Part shown: piece by piece, positions 59,871 through 64,000 of the stretch
How the letters are laid out: every line of letters begins with the position of its first letter
Position numbering within the stretch: the stretch's first letter is position 1
From: a virus
Virus record (IMG/VR): IMGVR_UViG_3300008954_002609
Span: 32,001 to 96,000 of that record
Length of the DNA: 64,000 nucleotides
Direction: 5' to 3' (one strand)
The notes under the pieces: model-generated
Database searches by the model: none
Told to the model about the DNA's origin: nothing
What the model saw: only the letters and a program-made list of their open reading frames with translations
Made by a program: the position numbers and the translations under genes

Positions 59871-60824
59871 TTATGGGCAATAAGGTGTTTTGTGAAATTC
59901 ACACTTACTGCATGATAACTTATTTTTCATATAATTTTTACCTTTAATGTGAGTTAAGGCTTTATGAAGCAAATCAACTGCATTTGCCACACGTTTCGGT
60001 CCATTCGTTACTTTGAAAATTTCAACATTTTCTTTCTTTGCTGTTCTCTTCAGAAGAGCAAAGTATGTTTCAGCATTTTCTGGATCGATGTTGTGTTTTT
60101 TACAAAAATAATTTTTATAGAGACTCAATTGATAAACAGTCATTGGTTCCGATTTTCGCTGCATATTCCAGCCCCAAGAACAAGTCTTCCAATCAATTAT
60201 GTGGTATTTCCCATCTTCAGTCTTGATAACAAGATCAATAAATCCTTTAAAGCTAACATCAGTATCGAACTCGGTAATACCCTCGAACAAAGATTCCTCC
60301 ACGGAGACAAGATCGTACTTTCCAAACTGATCACTCAAAGCAGGTAGTATAAATTTGACCAGATGAACTCCTTGATCTACCATCTCCAAAGACATTTTCT
60401 TGTTAATACACTCTTCCTTGAGTGCTTTTAATTCTTCTACAAATTTTTCCTTAAACATCTTTTCCCCATTGCAGGTGGGGTCCTGAACTTTCATTTCGCA
60501 AACATAGTGAAGCGCCGTTCCGAAGGCTGTGTAATGGTTCCCCTCGAATCCTTTGAGTCCGTCAATATAGGTTAGTTTATGTTTGAAGGGGCAGGAGTCC
60601 CAAATCTTAAGCTCCGAAAAGCTTATCTTTTTCTTCGGTGCTGAGTTCGCGCTTTTGTTTTGGAGCCCTTCTTCTTTTTGAGGTGGTTCGACTTGGTGTG
60701 GGCTTTTTTGGTTTTGGTTCTTCAATTGTTTCACTTTCTGCTTCTTGTTTATCAGGAATTTCTTTAGTTTCCTTGGTAACGAAACCAGCTTCCTTAACTT
60801 GTGCTTTTTCAAATTCCCATTCAC
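59871..60824 (-). CDS. PD-(D/E)XK nuclease, Cas4/AddB-like (start uncertain)
   Basis: ISFSEL...CP, FGTALH, E, GFIDLV, IIDWKT, QLSLY and CSKCEFHKTPYC. The first about 65 aa overlap the upstream gene. Confidence 0.88.
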   Translation of the reverse strand: MNGNLKKHKLRKLVSLPRKLKKFLINKKQKVKQLKNQNQKSPHQVEPPQKEEGLQNKSANSAPKKKISFSELKIWDSCPFKHKLTYIDGLKGFEGNHYTAFGTALHYVCEMKVQDPTCNGEKMFKEKFVEELKALKEECINKKMSLEMVDQGVHLVKFILPALSDQFGKYDLVSVEESLFEGITEFDTDVSFKGFIDLVIKTEDGKYHIIDWKTCSWGWNMQRKSEPMTVYQLSLYKNYFCKKHNIDPENAETYFALLKRTAKKENVEIFKVTNGPKRVANAVDLLHKALTHIKGKNYMKNKLSCSKCEFHKTPYCP

Positions 60825-61026
60825 CTTCTAGCACTATATTTGAACTATAGTTGTTCAAGACAGTGTTGCTTTTACAATTGGTGACTTTTATTCCTTGTTG
60901 GCTCAAGTAAACTTCCGCATCAACAGGGTCTACATGAGTCCTCTTGTCTTTCGCTTTCTTTCTAAAAGGGATGGAGCATTTGACCACTACATATGTTTCT
61001 TCATTTTTTTTAATTTTAAATTCCAT
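60607..61026 (-). CDS. Hypothetical protein with a low-complexity charged C-terminus
   Basis: 139-aa ORF; SD AAGGAG within the end of the upstream gene. Confidence 0.7.
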   Translation of the reverse strand: MEFKIKKNEETYVVVKCSIPFRKKAKDKRTHVDPVDAEVYLSQQGIKVTNCKSNTVLNNYSSNIVLEGEWEFEKAQVKEAGFVTKETKEIPDKQEAESETIEEPKPKKPTPSRTTSKRRRAPKQKRELSTEEKDKLFGA

Positions 61027-61027
61027 G

Positions 61028-61717
61028 TTATTTCTCCTTATTATAATCTAGTTTTTCAAGTTTGTCAAACAAAATAGGACTTATTGTTGCTAATCTTCCA
61101 TGATCTCTCTTGTTGAAATAAGTTTCAAACCCACAGGCAAAATACTCGTGCAGCGAAGTTATCGCATATGGAGAGTAAAAAAGGTTAACACTCACAGCCG
61201 CAAGTAGTGGGTACCCCAAATGATAATATAAAAAATTATCAAACTCTCTAGAGTATTCTGGCTCTAGAAAATTCTGATACTCTAGATCTATTTCTTCGTG
61301 GGCAGAAAGAAGATGGAAAAGCCTTTCCCTCTTTGATATAAATTCCGATTCGATCTTCCCATCTGAGAATATTTCCATTGGGTATTTATCGTGAACCGCG
61401 TGTGCGATTTCGTGAATTATATCATCTATAAGATCATCTTCGTCATCTTGCTCATTCGTAACATATATCGCGCCGTCCATGTAGGCAGCGTTTACGCTTC
61501 TAGAATTAAGTTCGGAAAACTGGCCCACAATCACATAATCGATCTCATCCAAAAAATGATCTGGAACCTTTCTGGAAACCTCTCTCAGTACTGAATCTAA
61601 GTCTATGTTGTTATTGGTAAAGTTATCCTTTATCATAACATAGATCGATCCTATTCTAACCTTCCCTACAGACATAGATGATTTTTTACTTGTATTTTTT
61701 ATATATTCTTCACTCAA
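61028..61717 (-). CDS. Zincin-like metallopeptidase (HEXXH)
   Basis: IIHEIAHAV plus YAITSLHEYFACGFE (third-ligand E), as in MtfA/lethal-factor-like zincins. Start likely the TTG at 61717 (track: 61798). Confidence 0.7.
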   Translation of the reverse strand: MSEEYIKNTSKKSSMSVGKVRIGSIYVMIKDNFTNNNIDLDSVLREVSRKVPDHFLDEIDYVIVGQFSELNSRSVNAAYMDGAIYVTNEQDDEDDLIDDIIHEIAHAVHDKYPMEIFSDGKIESEFISKRERLFHLLSAHEEIDLEYQNFLEPEYSREFDNFLYYHLGYPLLAAVSVNLFYSPYAITSLHEYFACGFETYFNKRDHGRLATISPILFDKLEKLDYNKEK

Positions 61718-61721
61718 ATCA

Positions 61722-62066
61722 TTACTCGGAAGATTTTTCTTCTTCGTCAGAGTCGTTTGAAATTTCCTGATGTATTTTTTGCCCCTCTTCGACATCATTC
61801 AGTGCTTGGTGGTATCCTCTAATCCAATTTTCTTCAGCAACAGCCATCAAAAATTCCGGAAATTCTTCTGCCATTGTTTCAACGATCAAGCCTACAGTTA
61901 CCTGATCTTCGTCTGGTGTCTTCTTTTCTCCCACATAGTTGACCAGCCACCTTTTTAATTCTGTGTCCGGGTTTGTTGCTTCCTTTAGCGCAGGGGTCAC
62001 CTCATTCTCACCATTATCTGTAAATTCCACTTTCATGTTGTTTTCTTTATCTTCAACTAAACTCAT
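61722..62066 (-). CDS. Hypothetical protein
   Basis: 114-aa ORF with SD AGGAAAGGG; EEFPEFLMAVAEENWIRGY helical core. Confidence 0.75.
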   Translation of the reverse strand: MSLVEDKENNMKVEFTDNGENEVTPALKEATNPDTELKRWLVNYVGEKKTPDEDQVTVGLIVETMAEEFPEFLMAVAEENWIRGYHQALNDVEEGQKIHQEISNDSDEEEKSSE

Positions 62067-62081
62067 TTTAATCCCTTTCCT

Positions 62082-63422
62082 TTATAAAATTTTTGCTGCC
62101 ACGGAAGCCACCTTAGACCTCTCTCCCTTTAACAAGGTTATGTGACCTGCTATATCTTGATCTTTAAACTTTTCTACGACATAAGAGAGACCGTTGTTTG
62201 TTCCATCTATATAAACGTTATCTATTTGCTCTATATCTCCAGTAAGAACTATTTTTGTCCCTTCTCCGACTCTTGTCAGTACCGTCTTTATTTCATGTCT
62301 GTTCATGTTTTGAGCCTCATCAATAATTATAAACGCATTTGAAATCGATCGACCTCTTATATATGTCATTGCCTCGACCTCTATTCGCCCCTCTTCAATG
62401 TGCATCTCTAGAGTCATCTTATCATTTCCGAAGAGAAATTGTAAATTATCTTGTATAGGTGCAAGCCAAGGCATCATTTTTTCTTCCATTGACCCAGGTA
62501 AGAAGCCTATATCTTTTCCGACGGGCTCGACTGGTTTTGTAACCACTATCTTGTTGTAAACCCTATCGTTGGCAGTTTCTCCAAAAGTTTGTTGAAGTGC
62601 AGATGCTAATGCCAACAGAGTCTTGCCTGAGCCGGCTTTACCAATTAAAGACACTACCGGAACCGATGGGTCCATTAAGAGATCAGCTGCGAATGTTTGC
62701 TCCTTATTTCTAGGCTTCAATCCCCAGATAAACTTCTTACTTTGTCTGACTTTCTTGAGTGGTTCCCTGTAATTTAAAAACCTTACAAGTGACGCTTTTT
62801 TATCATTCGTATTAGACACAAGCATTATAAATTGGTTTTGATTTACCCTTACGTCTTCCTCTTCGAGATAGAATGGAATATCGTTGTAAACATCATCAAT
62901 GACTTGATCATCTACCAAGTGAGTCATGAATCCGGTATATAAACCGCTAACGTCCTCAACCACTTGTTCTAGATTATAGTCTTCACATTCTAATCCAAGA
63001 GAGTCACACTTGACTCTCATGTTTATATCACGAGAAACTACTATAACCTCTGAATCTTCATTATTATTCTTTTCAGTCAACGCTGTAGCAATAATCTGGT
63101 TGTCTGGGTTGTCTAAATCCAAATCGTCAGGTAGTACGAAGGGGTCATAACTCTTAGCATAGACCATGCCCTTAGCTTCTGAAATCTGAACGCCGTGATG
63201 CAGATTCCCATGTTCTCTTAGTTTGTCTAGTTTTCTTATTATGCTACGGGCGTGTGCGCCTACGGGATCTTGTCTCTTCTTATGCTTATCAATCTCATCA
63301 AGAACCTTTAGTGGAATGACTATGTCTGATTCCCCGAAAGATTCTAAAGAATTTGCATCTGTTAAATAAACATTGGTGTCGAGAACATAGATTTTTTTTG
63401 TTTTTGACAATTCGTCAGACAA
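62082..63422 (-). CDS. phoH: PhoH-family ATPase with N-terminal PIN domain
   Basis: PIN: YVLDTNV, DEID, DNQI, SRDINMRVK. PhoH: GKAGSGKT, IGFLPG, YIRGRS, IIDEAQN, LTGDIEQID. Confidence 0.95.
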   Translation of the reverse strand: MSDELSKTKKIYVLDTNVYLTDANSLESFGESDIVIPLKVLDEIDKHKKRQDPVGAHARSIIRKLDKLREHGNLHHGVQISEAKGMVYAKSYDPFVLPDDLDLDNPDNQIIATALTEKNNNEDSEVIVVSRDINMRVKCDSLGLECEDYNLEQVVEDVSGLYTGFMTHLVDDQVIDDVYNDIPFYLEEEDVRVNQNQFIMLVSNTNDKKASLVRFLNYREPLKKVRQSKKFIWGLKPRNKEQTFAADLLMDPSVPVVSLIGKAGSGKTLLALASALQQTFGETANDRVYNKIVVTKPVEPVGKDIGFLPGSMEEKMMPWLAPIQDNLQFLFGNDKMTLEMHIEEGRIEVEAMTYIRGRSISNAFIIIDEAQNMNRHEIKTVLTRVGEGTKIVLTGDIEQIDNVYIDGTNNGLSYVVEKFKDQDIAGHITLLKGERSKVASVAAKIL

Positions 63423-63424
63423 TG

Positions 63425-63454
63425 TAATTACTCTCTTTCCTTATATAGTAATTA
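63425..63454 (-). promoter_or_regulatory. Two TAATTA elements flanking an SD upstream of phoH
   Basis: Minus strand reads TCTAATTACTATATAAGGAAAGAGAGTAATTACA-TTG. Confidence 0.4.
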
Positions 63455-63459
63455 GATCT

Positions 63460-63705
63460 TTACTTTGATTTTACCCAATCAGTTGGAGTAACTATATATA
63501 TTTCCTTGATTGTTGCTCTTGTTTCGCCCTTTTTTGTCTTAAAATGAAATATTGGCTTCACATAACCTCTTTCCTCTAGGGTTCTTTTTTTTGTTTCTGC
63601 GAAAGTAAACTCATTGTTTGGACTCATTGGTGGAGCTGCAAGTGTGGCTATGGATGCCAATATTGTGGTTAATGCGTAAGCGTATAAATTCATGTTTTCT
63701 ATCAA
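63460..63705 (-). CDS. Small hypothetical protein with a possible signal peptide
   Basis: MNLYAYALTTILASIATLAAP is a hydrophobic N-terminus; AAGGA upstream. Confidence 0.5.
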   Translation of the reverse strand: MIENMNLYAYALTTILASIATLAAPPMSPNNEFTFAETKKRTLEERGYVKPIFHFKTKKGETRATIKEIYIVTPTDWVKSK

Positions 63706-63765
63706 ATCCTTTTTGTTTAAAAAAAATATCTTTGCTAATATACTTATAATATATAGGGGGTTGAG

Positions 63766-64000
63766 ATGTTAAAGGTAATATTGTTAACAATAACGATGCT
63801 TATTTTATCGTGCCATTCCAGCGTAGGAGAAATCATAAAAACATCCAGAGCAGGGACAACGAAAACAAGCACCAAAAAGGAAATCCCCGTAAAGTCTTTC
63901 GCTAAAATAATAAAAACACTGCACGTAAAAAAGTGTAAAAAGATGAACATAACTCCATGCAAGGATGGAGACAAATTTACGTCTGTTGGGTCTGGGGTTT
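63766..64000 (+). CDS. Partial putative lipoprotein, possibly a trypsin-like serine protease (continues beyond the window)
   Basis: ATG at 63766 after AGGGGG and TATAAT. Reads MLKVILLTITMLILSC (lipobox-like)...FTSVGSGV with no stop to the window edge; GSG is the typical first strand of S1 proteases. Confidence 0.6.
   Translation, partial: MLKVILLTITMLILSCHSSVGEIIKTSRAGTTKTSTKKEIPVKSFAKIIKTLHVKKCKKMNITPCKDGDKFTSVGSGV

Noticed and set aside
59871-60824. CRISPR-Cas locus suggested by the Cas4-like gene
   Set aside because: No cas1/cas2 or effector genes, no repeat-spacer array, and no intergenic space large enough for one.
759-62342. Numerous short plus-strand ORFs (60-202 aa) and nested minus-strand ORFs in the track
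   Set aside because: They lie antisense to, or out of frame within, long motif-bearing genes and show no recognisable domains. Treated as shadow ORFs.
63744-63974. 76-aa hydrophobic minus-strand ORF
   Set aside because: Antisense to the better-supported plus-strand ORF starting at 63766, which has an SD, a -10 element and a lipobox-like signal.
1-64000. Stop-codon reassignment, as seen in some large phages
   Set aside because: Standard code gives near-complete coding density with multi-kilobase ORFs, and TAA, TAG and TGA all end genes at plausible junctions.

Overview
This window looks like part of a large (jumbo-type) myovirus genome of a bacterial host, read in the standard code. Almost everything is on the minus strand in tightly packed genes, often coupled by ATGA overlaps. 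In transcription order (right to left): PIN-PhoH, a HEXXH metallopeptidase and a Cas4/AddB-like PD-(D/E)XK nuclease; then an island of about 26 kb (34160-59857, about 31 genes) of soluble glycan enzymes. The island holds GT4, GT2 and GT9 glycosyltransferases, a split HldC/HldA ADP-heptose module with a HAD phosphatase and a cupin, a NeuA/NeuB nonulosonic acid module with a deacetylase and a formyltransferase, a carbamoyltransferase, several methyltransferase-like proteins, two sulfotransferase-like proteins, two epimerases and a short UDP-sugar dehydrogenase. Next come an FmdB zinc ribbon and a gp55-like late sigma factor, then a contractile-tail baseplate operon: M15 peptidase protein, HxH spike, 3157-aa protein, gp25, gp6, DNRLRE protein, 3590-aa gp7/P2-gpI-like LamG protein, and further virion proteins running off the left edge. 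The most striking hypothesis is a phage-encoded virion glycosylation system. The island has no recognisable export or membrane enzymes, and two neighbouring baseplate proteins are strongly enriched in [S/T]-G-S tripeptides that could be the acceptor sequon. All family calls come from motif recognition by eye; no database searches were run.
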